DNA from: an uncultured delta proteobacterium
Lineage (GTDB): Bacteria; Myxococcota_A; Polyangia; Fen-1088
Direction of reading: 5' to 3'
NCBI GenBank assembly: GCA_963737265.1
Contig: CAVTRY010000007.1
Coordinates: forward strand, 462,529-526,528
Length of the DNA stretch: 64,000 nt
Part shown: piece after piece, positions 48,370 through 61,997 of the stretch
Layout of the letters: every line of letters starts with the position of its first letter
How positions within the stretch are numbered: position 1 is the first letter of the stretch
Notes under the pieces: generated by a model
Databases searched by the model: none
Seen by the model: only the letters and a program-made list of their open reading frames with translations
What the model was told of the DNA's origin: nothing
Made by a program: the position numbers and the translations under genes

Positions 48370-48988
48370 CGGCCGGACGAGGGCCAGGTGTCATCGTCGG
48401 CGGCGGGCGGGTCACCCGCCTGGCTGCCCAGGTTCTGAGACTCTACGGGTTCTGCGAACCCGGCGACCGGCCCGGTGTTCGCGTCCGGGGAACCGCTAGC
48501 CAGGGCCCCGGCCGGCCCGGGCCACTCCTGCGCTCGTGAAACGCCCGGCCGTGCGGGGCTGGCAGGGTGCCCGATAGCCGGCGGACAGTCCGTTGCTCCC
48601 CGCGGACCGTCCGTTGCCGGGTCGGCCCGGCCGGCGGCGGCGGCGTGGCGGGCGGCCCGGCGCTGGCGGGCGGCCCGGCGCTGGCGGATGGTGGCCGGTA
48701 GTCAGCGACCTGACCGTCGCCGGCCGATGGCCCTCGCTCATGCGGCAGCCCATCGGCCGCTGGCGGTCCGGGATCGGCAGGCGACTGGAAGCCATCGGAT
48801 GGCCCATATCCCGAGGGGCGACGGGTATCCGGCCATCGGCTTGTAGCCCCCGGGCGCCCAGTAGCCGACCGAGCGCCCGTAACCTGTCCCGCTTCCGTCT
48901 GACCAGGCCTCGCCCGCACTGGAGGCGGCAGGGCCGGCGGGGCAGGTTCTGGGGGGCAGGGTCTGGGCGGGCCAGGGTCGGCACGGCG

Positions 48989-49142
48989 GCGCCACCTCCG
49001 GCCCAGCCACCAGGCCCACCAGGAGTCAGGCGGCGCCACCTCCGGCCCAGCCACCGGGCCCACCAGAGCTCAGGCGCGCGCCACCTCCGGCCCAGCCACC
49101 AGGCCCACCAGAGCCAGCCGCGCCACCTCCGGCCCAGCCACC
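48989..49142. repeat. Four 42-45-bp degenerate tandem repeats
   Basis: Core GCGCCACCTCCGGCCCAGCCACC at 48989, 49033, 49078 and 49120. Confidence 0.85.
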
Positions 49143-50455
49143 CGGCGCGCGGTAGCTCCAGCCCTGCCACCGCCGGCCCCGCCACCGGGCGCACCGGGGC
49201 TGGCCCAGCCGCCCGGCGCTCCGGCAGCGGCGGGCCTGCGGGTCACGATCAGGCGGAACGCCACGATCAGCACGACGGCGAGGCAGGCAAGCGCGATCAG
49301 CGAGTCGACCAGGAACTGCCGGTTGGTCCGCGGGGCCACGGGAACCGGCGGGATGGCCCCCGTTCCGCCGCCGAACTGCGCGGTCGCGACCAGGCCCCGT
49401 CCAGCGCCCTGATCGCGGGCCAGCCGGCCGGCCATCCGAAGCGCGGCCGTGGCGTCCACCGTGCCGAACCCGACCTGCTCGTCATAACCCCCCTGCGGCT
49501 TGTCCCTCGTGCTCGAGGTGATGGCCTGCGCGACGAGGGCCGGGGCCAGCGCCGGGTACACCGACTTGATCAGCGCGGCCACCCCGGCGGTCAGCGCGCA
49601 GGCTGGACTCGTGCCGCTGACCAGCCAGTACTGCCCGTCCCTGCCCTGCGCGGGCACGCGCACCCCGGGCGCCGCCACCTGAACGGAGAGGTTGTCACTG
49701 GAGAACCCGGCGGGCAGGCCGTCCTGCCCCACCGCGCCGACCCCGAGCACGCCTGGGTAGTCGGCGGGGAAGGAGTAGGGGGCATTCCCGTGCGTGCCGC
49801 TGGAGGCGCCGCCGGAGTTGCCCGAGGACGCGACCACCACGATCCCCTGGGCCAGCGCCTTGGAGATCGCGACCCGGACCGGGCGGCTCTGTCCCTGGTA
49901 TCCCAGGGACATGCTGATTACGCTGACCCGCTTGCTCGTCGCGTAGTTGATCGCGTCGGCGAGGTGCCCCTGCACCCGGGACTCCGATTCGTGCTGGTAG
50001 TGGCGGTAGCCCGGATCACCCTGATCGGTGACCGCGCGGATGGAGAGGATCTTGGCCTCGGGCGCCACCCCCGTGATCCCGCTTGACCCGCCGGGAGCAT
50101 GCCCATGACCGGCGATGAGGGACGCCATCCAGGTGCCGTGCACCCCCCAGTTCGCGTTCGTCGGCGGCGTGTCCACCCCGGAGAAGTCGCGCCCGGTCGT
50201 GACGGAACCACGCAGGTCCAAGACCTGCCCGTTCACCCCGCTGTCGATCAAGGCCACGGTCACCCCGGACCCGTGAGTGTGCTGCCACGCACCAGCCACG
50301 TTGATTGCGTTCAGCACCCAAAGCTGTTGCTGGCGGACGCCGTCGGCCTGCGCCGCGCTCGCGGAGCCAACGGCGACCGCGGGCGCCGCCAGCAGCGCGG
50401 CCAGCACTCCGGCCAGGGTGCGCCACCGGCGGGGGCGGGAAGCCGGCCTCAGCAT
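49070..50455 (-). CDS. Membrane-anchored S8 (mycosin-like) serine protease; 3' end uncertain
   Basis: IDSGV, HGTWMA, GTSPA triad; signal peptide and C-terminal TM. Confidence 0.9.
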   Translation of the reverse strand: MLRPASRPRRWRTLAGVLAALLAAPAVAVGSASAAQADGVRQQQLWVLNAINVAGAWQHTHGSGVTVALIDSGVNGQVLDLRGSVTTGRDFSGVDTPPTNANWGVHGTWMASLIAGHGHAPGGSSGITGVAPEAKILSIRAVTDQGDPGYRHYQHESESRVQGHLADAINYATSKRVSVISMSLGYQGQSRPVRVAISKALAQGIVVVASSGNSGGASSGTHGNAPYSFPADYPGVLGVGAVGQDGLPAGFSSDNLSVQVAAPGVRVPAQGRDGQYWLVSGTSPACALTAGVAALIKSVYPALAPALVAQAITSSTRDKPQGGYDEQVGFGTVDATAALRMAGRLARDQGAGRGLVATAQFGGGTGAIPPVPVAPRTNRQFLVDSLIALACLAVVLIVAFRLIVTRRPAAAGAPGGWASPGAPGGGAGGGRAGATARRVAGPEVARLALVGLVAGPEVARA

Positions 50456-51381
50456 CCAGGACTGCCCGGGCAGTGCGGCACCGGCGGGGGGGCACCGAGC
50501 CGGGACGCCACCCAGTCCAAGACTCCTCGCGCCAGGCTGTCCATCTCGGTCCCGGTGTAGATGTCGTGCCCCTGCCTGAGCCACGGCCTGCCGTCGGCAT
50601 AGCCCACGGTGGCCAGCACCAGATACGGGCCCTCGGCGCCGCTCGATCCGACCTTCTGGCCTGGGCCCGCGAAGTGGGCGGCGGTGGTGCGGCGGAACGA
50701 CACCGGCCGCAGCCACGGCCGCGAGCCACCGCCGTGGCGCAGCGCCTTGGCGGCCGGGGAATCTGGCATGACCGCGACGCCGACGGTCACCGCGAAGGTC
50801 TGGGTGGTGTCCTGGTAGGTCGCCCGGAGCACGGCCAGGCAGCCGCGCTTGGTGAGCAGTGGCCCGGCCGCGGGCTCGGTGCCGTCCCGGCACGAGGCCT
50901 GGGCGGCGATGCCGACCCGCTCCGCGCGGAGCGCGAGCGGCGGGCCGCCGCCGAACGCGGATCCCTGCAGGTGGTAACCGATGGCCGCGGGGAAGATCTG
51001 CCCGGCGGGCCAGTCCCGCCAGCGCTTGCCTATCTCCCAGGCCATAATCTGCTGCCGCTGTGCCTGGCTGAAGCTGCGTGGCAGGAACTGGATGGCGGCC
51101 GCCCCGGCAGATACGACCAGGCCGGCCAGCGCGGCAAGCAGGCCGAGCACCAGCAGCATGCGGCGCCCCCGGCCGTGGCGGCGGGCCGCGTTATGCCGCT
51201 GGGGTGCCTCACGCGGCTGGGGAGGACGGGCACCGTAGCCAGCGCCAGCCGCCTGGCCTGCAAGAGTGCGGTCAGGAAGAGAGCCGTCCGGTACCCGGGG
51301 ACCCGGCGGAGCCCACGGCGGCACGGCTGGCGGTCTGCCCGACCCGGGGCCCCCGTTCTCCATCTCGTCCCGCATCGTCAC
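50449..51381 (-). CDS. Hypothetical membrane-anchored protein coupled to the S8 protease
   Basis: Single TM; GCLAVLRATYQD..VTVGVAV; overlaps the protease start. Confidence 0.75.
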   Translation of the reverse strand: MTMRDEMENGGPGSGRPPAVPPWAPPGPRVPDGSLPDRTLAGQAAGAGYGARPPQPREAPQRHNAARRHGRGRRMLLVLGLLAALAGLVVSAGAAAIQFLPRSFSQAQRQQIMAWEIGKRWRDWPAGQIFPAAIGYHLQGSAFGGGPPLALRAERVGIAAQASCRDGTEPAAGPLLTKRGCLAVLRATYQDTTQTFAVTVGVAVMPDSPAAKALRHGGGSRPWLRPVSFRRTTAAHFAGPGQKVGSSGAEGPYLVLATVGYADGRPWLRQGHDIYTGTEMDSLARGVLDWVASRLGAPPPVPHCPGSPGC

Positions 51382-51471
51382 AACGGAATCGTACGGCTTG
51401 CCCGGCCGGTCCGCCCGCCCGGCGCAGGCTTGGCGGCCCCGCCGGAGACCGCCGCCCGCACAGGCTACCGA

Positions 51472-52650
51472 TCAGTAGGACGGTAGTGAGGGATCGACCT
51501 GGCTGATCCAGGCGAGCACACCACCGCCCACATGGACCGCGTCGGAGAAGCCCGCGTCTTTGATCACGGCGAGCACCTCGGCCGACCGCGCCCCGCTCTT
51601 GCAGTGCAGCACGATCCGCTTGTCCTGGGGCAGCCGCTCCAGCGCGGCGCCGGAAAGGAATTCCCCCTTGGGGATCAGCGTCGCGCCCGGTATGGACACG
51701 ATCTCGTACTCGTTCGGCTCCCTGACGTCCACCAGGAAGATGTCATCGTTGCGGTCGAGCATGCCCTTCAGGTCGGTGGCCGTGATGGTCGAGCCCGCCA
51801 CGGCGTGCTGGGCGTCCTCGGAGACCACACCACAAAACTCCTCGTAGTCGATGAGCTCGGTGATCGTGGGATTCTTGCCGCAAACCGGGCACTCCGGGTC
51901 CTTGCGGACCTTGACCGTGCGGAACGTCATGTCCAGGGCGTCGTAGATCATCAGACGGCCGGCCAGTGGCTCCCCGATACCGGTGATGACCTTGATGGCC
52001 TCGTTGACCTGGAGGGAGCCGATCGTCCCGCAGAGCACGCCCAGGACGCCGCCCTCGGCGCAGGAGGGCACCATTCCCGGCGGCGGCGGCTCGGGATACA
52101 GGCACCGGTAACACGGGCCATGCTCGGCCCAGAACACGCTCGCCTGGCCGTCGAACCGGAAGATCGAGCCCCACACGTAGGGCTTGCCGAGCAGCACACA
52201 GGCGTCGTTGACCAGGTACCGGGTGGCGAAGTTGTCGGTGCCGTCCACGATCAGGTCGTAATCGGCGAAGATCCGCATCGCGTTATCGGAGTCGAGCCGC
52301 TCCTCGTGCAGGTTCACCGTGACGAGCGGGTTGATCTCGTTGATCGTCTCCTTGGCCGAGACGGCCTTGGACTTGCCCACATCCGAGGTGCCGTGGATGA
52401 CCTGGCGCTGCAGGTTCGACTCGTCCACCACGTCGAAATCGACGATGCCCAGCGTGCCGACGCCCGCCGCGGCCAGGTACATCAGCGCGGGCGAGCCGAG
52501 GCCGCCGGCGCCGACGCACAGCACCTTGGCGTTCTTCAGGCGGCGCTGGCCGGTCTTGCCCACGTCCGGGATGATGAGGTGCCGGGAGTAGCGCCGGACC
52601 TCTTCCACGGTCAGGTCATCAGCAGGGGAAACCAGCGGCGGCAGCGACAC
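51472..52650 (-). CDS. moeZ: Adenylyltransferase/sulfurtransferase MoeZ
   Basis: RYSRHL, GAGGLGS, CYRC..PSCAEGG, rhodanese HCKSGARS. Confidence 0.96.
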   Translation of the reverse strand: MSLPPLVSPADDLTVEEVRRYSRHLIIPDVGKTGQRRLKNAKVLCVGAGGLGSPALMYLAAAGVGTLGIVDFDVVDESNLQRQVIHGTSDVGKSKAVSAKETINEINPLVTVNLHEERLDSDNAMRIFADYDLIVDGTDNFATRYLVNDACVLLGKPYVWGSIFRFDGQASVFWAEHGPCYRCLYPEPPPPGMVPSCAEGGVLGVLCGTIGSLQVNEAIKVITGIGEPLAGRLMIYDALDMTFRTVKVRKDPECPVCGKNPTITELIDYEEFCGVVSEDAQHAVAGSTITATDLKGMLDRNDDIFLVDVREPNEYEIVSIPGATLIPKGEFLSGAALERLPQDKRIVLHCKSGARSAEVLAVIKDAGFSDAVHVGGGVLAWISQVDPSLPSY

Positions 52651-53103
52651 GGCAGGTCTGTCTCCTCAGTCGTAACAATGCGGGCACGTCCTCTGCCTGC
52701 TCCAGAGTCAACCAGGGCCTCCCATGCGGCATTCCCCTCAGGCGGACGCTGTCACCAGGCTGGGCCGCAGCAGGTGCATTACGCTGCCCGGGCCTAGCAA
52801 AATGCCACGTCCATGCTGGTCGCGTGGTAGGCCACCGGGTAAGACGGGCTGCCGGGAAGGATGGTGACCTTGCCGCTGGGGACGGGTAGGCCAGCACACC
52901 GAACGGCTTCCCCTTGGGGGCTTGAACCCGCCGCCCGTGCTGGCCATCAGCCTCCCGGCCAGGGTGACCGGGCCGGGCACGTTTGAAAGAAATGTCACTG
53001 TGGGCCGGTAGAACAAGGGACAGGCGGACGCGTTCGGGGGCGGTGAGCGTGATCCGCCCGAATCGCCAGCACACCCGGTATCGCCTAGTTACGGGAGGTT
53101 TCC

Positions 53104-53886
53104 ATGCCCGCACTGCCCCCCGACCGGCCCGGATGCCCGAAGGCACCAGGCGGGCGCCGGCCACTCCCCGACCCGGCGGCGATCCAGCTCTTCCTGATTC
53201 CAGAGTCGGCCCCGCCCTACGACGAGGACGTTCCCGCCGGGGAAACGGGCGGCGGGAGATTACCGGCCCGGCCGCCGCACGGGGCGGAGCGGGGTTACGG
53301 CGCCGGCCAGCCCGAAGGCCGCACGGCACGCGACGGCATCGGGCCACGGGACCGCGGCGCCGGCCAGCCCGAAGGCCGCACGGCACGCGACGGCATCGGG
53401 CCACGGGACCGCGGCGCCGGCCAGCCCGAAGGCCGCACGGCACGCGACGGCATGGGGCCACGGGACCGCGGCGCCGGCCAGCCCGAAGGCCGCACGGCGC
53501 GCGACGGGACGCGAGGCGTGCCACGGCGGCCGGCCACTGTCCCGGGGGCACCGCCCGGCTGGCCGGGCCAGTTCGCCCAGGTGCTGGCCGAAACCCTGGC
53601 CGGGGCCAGGCCGCCGCGGCAGATCGTGCCCTGGACGACCGAAGAGGCCCTCCGGCGCATCCAGCGCCTCGGGCCACGGCTCGCGTCGCAGCAGCGGCCC
53701 AGGGTCCGCCGGGTGCTCACCTCGCTGCCCGCCCCGGACGTGATGGAGATGACCGTGGTGGTGGGGTTCGGGCCGCGGGTCAGGGCGCTGGCCGTCCGGC
53801 TGGAGCAGACCGGGCCGTGCCCGGCCGCCCCGCCTGGTGCGCGGGCGGCCGCACGCTGGGTGTGCACCGCAGTGGAGGCCGCCTGA
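53104..53886 (+). CDS. Rv3235-family protein
   Basis: LAGARPPRQ, RVRALAVRLE, WVCTAVEAA; convergent on secA. Confidence 0.85.
   Translation: MPALPPDRPGCPKAPGGRRPLPDPAAIQLFLIPESAPPYDEDVPAGETGGGRLPARPPHGAERGYGAGQPEGRTARDGIGPRDRGAGQPEGRTARDGIGPRDRGAGQPEGRTARDGMGPRDRGAGQPEGRTARDGTRGVPRRPATVPGAPPGWPGQFAQVLAETLAGARPPRQIVPWTTEEALRRIQRLGPRLASQQRPRVRRVLTSLPAPDVMEMTVVVGFGPRVRALAVRLEQTGPCPAAPPGARAAARWVCTAVEAA
53299..53507 (+). repeat. In-frame 57-bp tandem repeat (~3.6 copies)
   Basis: Encodes GAGQPEGRTARDGIGPRDR. Confidence 0.9.
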
Positions 53887-53999
53887 CCACCGCCGGCGTG
53901 CCCGGGCGGACGCCGCCTGACCACCGCGGCTAGCCCCGCAGGGCCGCCTGGGAGCGCTCCTCGGCGTGCCAGCATCCGGAGCGCACGCGCCAGGCGTGG

Positions 54000-54596
54000 G
54001 CGCCGCCAGGCCCTGGCCCGCGTCGCAGCGCAGTACGGCATGCAGTACTCCGACGACGACCCCTACGACTTGCCCACGCAAGACTTCCGGCTGTTCCGCC
54101 AAGGCGATGGCCGCGGCTGCCAGAACGTGCTGTCCGGCCGGTGGCAGGACCTGCCGGTCCAGGAGGCCGACTACTGGTACTACACAAGGACCACTGACGG
54201 GCGGGGCCACGCCAGCCGGAGTTACCGGAACTTCTCGATCGTGATCGCGGAACTGGCCGCCACCGTGCCCTACGTCTCGGTCCGGCAGGAGACCACGTTC
54301 ACCAAGCTCGCCGGTCGCCTGGGCTTCCACGAATCCAGTTCGGATACGAGGACTTCGACCAGGAGTTCAAGGTGACAGCCTCGGACAAGGAGTTCGCTGT
54401 CAAACTCATCGACCCCGCGATGATCCAGTGGCTGCTGTCGACCGGGGGGCAGTTCGCGTTCGAGATCCAGGACAGCCGCCTGCTGGTGTCCTGCCACCAA
54501 CTCCCGGCCACCGGCCTGATACCGCTGTTCGACGCCGCGAAAGGCTTCACCGACCACATCCCCCAACCGGTCTTGGCCGACTACAAAACCAGCTAG
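54000..54596 (+). pseudogene. 5'-truncated, frameshifted conserved hypothetical gene
   Basis: RRQALARVAAQYGMQY..FRQGDGR..NVLSGRW, then DFDQEFKVTASDKEFA..IDPAMIQWLL in another frame. Confidence 0.6.
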
Positions 54597-54736
54597 TGCG
54601 CCGTCCGGCTCAGCGTGCCCCGGCAGCGCTCCTGGCCGGGCCAGCCACGCGCGGTCTTCGCGGGTGGCTGGCCGCTAGCCACGTGGAGCGTTCGGCCGCA
54701 GCAAAGTGGCTGCTGGCGGGCAGGCGCTCCGGGACG

Positions 54737-57779
<3,043 letters not shown>

Positions 57780-58061
57780 TTCTCGTCGCGCTCCTTGCGG
57801 ATCGTTCGGCGGTAGTCAGATCGCAGGCCCGCCTGCACTTGGCCCGCCACCCTGGCAACGGGCACCGGGACGTTATCGTGCCCGGCGTATGCGTCTTCCA
57901 GTAATGGTAGGCGAGTCAGCCGGTGATGCCGAGCCTTCGGGGCCGGGCACACACCACTAAGCTGGCTTCGCCACAATAAGGTGACGGCCACGGGCATACG
58001 CGGCCGGACGTCTTACCCGCCGTGGCGGATCGCCGCCGCGTACCGGAGAGGAGCAGCCTGC

Positions 58062-58336
58062 ATGGCGGACCAGCTGGGTTCGGACATGGTCGCCGGGCAG
58101 TCCGTCGGAGAGCGGCCAGCTCAGCCCGGTCGCCGCGGGCGGGCCCGCCACGGTGTCGCATCACGGCCGGCCGGTGTCCTGGGTGGCGGTGTCCATCATG
58201 ATGGCGGCGTTCCTGGTCGGTGGCTTCGGCCTGATCCTGGGCCCGATCTGGTGGCTGTTCTGGGTGGGCGTCGCGATGTGCCGCGGTCGGCGGCCTGCTG
58301 GCCCTGGCCACCAACATCTTCGACGACTGGTACTAA
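58062..58336 (+). CDS. Small HGxxPAAW-like membrane protein (frameshifted)
   Basis: HHGRPVSWVAV...WWLFWVG...NIFDDWY*; GAGGAG RBS. Confidence 0.7.
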
Positions 58337-58445
58337 ATCCCTCGTCCCGGGCAGTCCGCCCGGCCGCCCTCGTCGCGGGTGCGGCGGGGTGAGGGTGGGG
58401 CAGTGCGGCAGGGCGGGGCGGGCCGGTCAGCGAGCGGCGGCGGAA

Positions 58446-58467
58446 TGTCGGCGGGCGGGGTTAAGCT
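58446..58467 (+). promoter_or_regulatory. PafBC (RecA-NDp) promoter
   Basis: Exact TGTCGG-N10-TAAGCT, 9 nt before GTG 58477. Confidence 0.75.
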
Positions 58468-58476
58468 CCTGGATTT

Positions 58477-59701
58477 GTGGTCAGTGCCGCGGTGGTAGCG
58501 CCCGAAATCGTCCTTTCCCCCGACGACGCACGGCGGATGACGCTGCGCGCCCAAGGCTTCCTGGGAGCCGAGGGACGGCGCGGCGGTGTGCACGGCATGC
58601 TGCGCCGGATCGGGGCGGTCCAGCTGGACACGATCAGCGTCCTGGCCCGGTCGCATGAGCTGGTCGCCTACGCCAGGCTCGGCCCGATCCCCCGGGAGCG
58701 CATCGAGCGCGCCTACTGGCACCCGCGCACGCCGGTGGCGTTCGAGTACTGGTCCCATGCGGCGTGCGTGCTGCCCATCGAGGAGTGGCCGTACTACGCG
58801 TTCCGCCGCCGCGCGCTGCGGGCCCGCGGCGTGCGCTGGCATACGGTCAGCGAGCGGGCCTGCGCCGAGGCTGCTGGCCCGGCTGCGGGCCGAGGGCCCG
58901 CTGACCGCCACCCAGCTCGGCGGTGCCAAGGCGGGCGGCCCCTGGTGGGACTGGTCGGATACGAAGATCGCGGTCGAGTGGCTGCTGGACGTCGGCGATG
59001 TGATCTGCGTGCGCAGGGAGGGCTGGCGGCGGGTCTACGACCTGCCCGAGCGGGTCGTGCCCGGCGAACTGCTCGGCTGGGACCCGTCGGACTCCGACTG
59101 CCTGGTCCACCTCGCCGCGGTGGCCGCCCGGGCGCTGGGCATGGCCACCCGCGCGGACCTCGTGGACTATCAGCGCCTGAACCACCTCACCGGCCTGTTG
59201 ACGCCGCGGCCCGCCAGCCGGGTCGAGGAGTCCGCCCTGGCGGCCGGGCTCACCCCGGTGGCGATCGGCGGTCCGGGCGGGAAAACGGTGCCCGCCTGGG
59301 CCGACCCCGAGGCCCTCGCCCAGGCCGGAGCCGCGCCGCGGGGCAGGCACCGGGCCGTGCTGCTCTCGCCGTTCGACTCGCTCGTCTGGGATCGCAAGCG
59401 CACGCTGCGGATGTTCGGCTTCGAGCATTCCCTTGAGGCGTACGTGCCCAAGCCCAAGCGGATCCACGGTTACTTCGCCATGCCACTGCTGGCAGGCGGC
59501 CGCCTGGTCGGCCGGGTGGACCCGGTGCGCCGCGGGAAGACCCTGGTGGCCCGTCAGCTGTCGGTGGACACCGCCGCCGCGGTCGAGCCGATGGCGCGGG
59601 CGCTGCGCGAGGCCGCCGAGTGGGTCGGCTGCACCTCGGTGGAGCTGGGCCAGGTCAGCCCGCCCCACCTCGCCCCCCGCCTGGCCGCCGCCCTCGCCTG
59701 A
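58477..59701 (+). CDS. YcaQ/AlkZ-family winged-helix DNA glycosylase (frameshift near 58870)
   Basis: VQLDTISVLARSH, FEYWSH, LLSPFD, EAYVPKPKR.HGYF. Confidence 0.9.
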
Positions 59702-60006
59702 CCGCCCCGCAACCCCACCGCCCGCGGATCGGGCATTGAACGTGACGTTGGTATTGAAAGAGGGTGTTACGAAGAAAGCCACAACATTGGCCTCGCTGAC
59801 CGGGCCCGGTGCCTGACGATCTGTGAGTGGACGACCCGCCTGTGACAACACATCAGGCCAAGCTCAGCCACGAAGGCTAGCCACGAGGCGACTACAGCAA
59901 CCGAGCGCCCGGCGTGCAGCAGAACCATCTAGCCCGCCCCGCCCGGCTACGAGTAGGCAGGCCTGCCGAGTGAGGCGGCCCACCGCCGGGTCTGCGCTGA
60001 TCATCA

Positions 60007-61104
60007 TCAGCCGATCGGCACCTTGGTCCAGTTTGCAGGGTTTGCGCCGAGTAGCCGCAGGTGATGGTCGAACAAGGCGATCACGCCGATGGCAGGATGA
60101 CTGCCGGCTTCGTCGATGAAGACGGCCAGCCCGTGGGCGTGGGAAGCACAGAGTTGCTGCAGGCCGGACCAATGATTGACGACCACCTTGTACCCGGCGA
60201 TCACCTGGCGGGCGGACACTCCGTTCGGGTAGAAGTGGCAGGAGCTGTGCGAGGTCGCGGGGTCCGTGTCAAGGTCGGGAACGTTGGGGCGGAACTCGCC
60301 GCTGCCAGCAGCGAGCACGACGGCGCCTGTGGTGAGGGAATACTGGCTGGCCCGCAGCACCCCGGCGTCCGGGCGGTAGGCAACGCTGCTGACCTGCCAT
60401 GTGCGCGGCACGCCCGTGAGCTGGGCCGGGAACATAATGGACGGTGCGGCGCCCTCCCCATACCGGACATGGGCTGCGACTTTCAGCGCGTCGTGGCGGG
60501 CACCATAGCTCAGCAATGCCCAGCCGCCGCGGGCGTACTGCCAGATCAAGGACCCGCGTGCCCAGAAAGCACGCTGCCCGCGCACGTCCGGCGCGCGGCC
60601 GGTGATCGAAGCTGTCTGGCCGCCGGAAGCGCTGTAAGTACAGTCCATCCGCTTCTGCGCCGCGCTCAGCTTGCAGCGGCCAGCGGAGTACAAGGTGAGC
60701 GACCACACGGTCTTGCCCGGGTGCGACCCGGCTTTCACGTACATCGCGGTCCGGCCGGTGCCGCCCGACATCAGCGCCTGTCCCGCCGGCAGCCAGCCAA
60801 ATGACGCATACGGGATGAGGGGATCGAACCGGCTTGGTGCTTGTACGGGTTGAGCAGGCCGCGGGCTGCTGCCCACTGACGGTGTTATGCCGACCCGGGC
60901 CGGGATGCCAGGAGCGGCTCCTACGGCGAGTATCACGCCGACGACGGCGGCTGCCGCAACCACCGGAGCGCTCGCGATGCCCGCCCGCCGCACGCGAAAC
61001 CGCCTGCGGCCCCGGCTGACGGCCCGGCCGACATCCGCCCGCGATGGTGGTGGTTCGCTGCTGGCCAGCTGCTCGTACAGCTCACGCAGCTGGGACTCAA
61101 CCAT
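60007..61104 (-). CDS. Single-TM hypothetical protein downstream of the ECF sigma (possible anti-sigma)
   Basis: GRRRFRVRR then a TM helix and an extracytoplasmic domain; overlaps the sigma gene end. Confidence 0.7.
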   Translation of the reverse strand: MVESQLRELYEQLASSEPPPSRADVGRAVSRGRRRFRVRRAGIASAPVVAAAAVVGVILAVGAAPGIPARVGITPSVGSSPRPAQPVQAPSRFDPLIPYASFGWLPAGQALMSGGTGRTAMYVKAGSHPGKTVWSLTLYSAGRCKLSAAQKRMDCTYSASGGQTASITGRAPDVRGQRAFWARGSLIWQYARGGWALLSYGARHDALKVAAHVRYGEGAAPSIMFPAQLTGVPRTWQVSSVAYRPDAGVLRASQYSLTTGAVVLAAGSGEFRPNVPDLDTDPATSHSSCHFYPNGVSARQVIAGYKVVVNHWSGLQQLCASHAHGLAVFIDEAGSHPAIGVIALFDHHLRLLGANPANWTKVPIG

Positions 61105-61642
61105 GGTCAGGCACCTCCCTGTAGCCGCTGCGGCCCTGGTCAACATCCGGTCGGCCGCCATGCCCGGCGGCGAGCACCCGGCGCAGTGCGCTAATGGCCT
61201 TGGCCGTCTGGCTTTTCACCGTCCCCGGTGAGCAATCAAGGACCTGGGCAGACTGGTCGACGTTCAGGTCGCAGTAGAAGCGCAGCACCAGGACGGCGCG
61301 CTGCCGTGGTGGCAATGCGGCGACCGCCCCCCGCAGGTCCAGCACCGCATCATGGTCCACCTCACTGGCCGGCCGATCGGCCATCCCGCCGGTCAGGCGT
61401 ATCCTCCTCGCCCAGCTGGATCGGCGTTCGTGGACGAACTCGTGGACCAGGACAGCCCTCACGTAGGCGTCGATATGATCAGCTGCTCTAGCTTTGTCCC
61501 AGTGCACATAAAGCTTGGTGATGGTGGCCTGCACCAGGTCATCAGCTGCCTGCCAGTCCTGGCAGAGCACTACCGCCAGCCGCCGCAGCGCAGGCAACCT
61601 GGCCGAGGGCGTACTCGGTGAACTCGGCGTCACGGCTGGCAC
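61097..61642 (-). CDS. SigE-family ECF sigma factor (probable indel near 5' end)
   Basis: ADDLVQ..LYVHW, LPPRQRAVLVLRFY, GTVKSQTAKA. Confidence 0.9.
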   Translation of the reverse strand: MPAVTPSSPSTPSARLPALRRLAVVLCQDWQAADDLVQATITKLYVHWDKARAADHIDAYVRAVLVHEFVHERRSSWARRIRLTGGMADRPASEVDHDAVLDLRGAVAALPPRQRAVLVLRFYCDLNVDQSAQVLDCSPGTVKSQTAKAISALRRVLAAGHGGRPDVDQGRSGYREVPDHG

Positions 61643-61997
61643 TCACCGCAGCGACCTTCCTGCTCTCAGATGCATCACAACCGCCAGAGGCAGCCACGAG
61701 CGCCTTCGGTTGCCCTCCCGGCCAAAGTCGTCTGATTAATCATTTGACCCGGAGGCAGAAGCTGCAAAACCAGCAGGGCAGCATCGCGGGCGCGGCACGC
61801 ACGGCCCGCGACCTGCCCGCAAAGAAGATCACGGTTACACGGCACCGCTGCGCACGCCTTGGACTGCGGCCACACACAGCTACCACACGTGCGTGTGGCC
61901 ACTGTTCACCCAGAGCAACACCGGACTCACATTCACGCCGGGGCTGGGGTGGGCCGCGGATACGCGGCGGCCGGGCTGCGCGGCGGGCGCGGGATAG

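Noticed and set aside
48443-49063. Separate Pro-rich CDS
   Set aside because: Low complexity with no clear start; more likely a frameshifted tail of the S8 protease or non-coding.
48989-49142. CRISPR array (23-bp repeat with ~20-bp spacers)
   Set aside because: The spacers are variants of one another, so this is a degenerate tandem repeat at the protease 3' end.
49070-51381. Type VII secretion locus
   Set aside because: Only a mycosin-like protease; no ecc or WXG100 genes in the window.
52700-53050. Possible ncRNA or small gene between moeZ and the Rv3235-like gene
   Set aside because: No recognisable RNA motif. A minus-strand stretch (..KVTILPGSPSYPVAYHATSMDVAFC*) may be a gene remnant but cannot be assigned.
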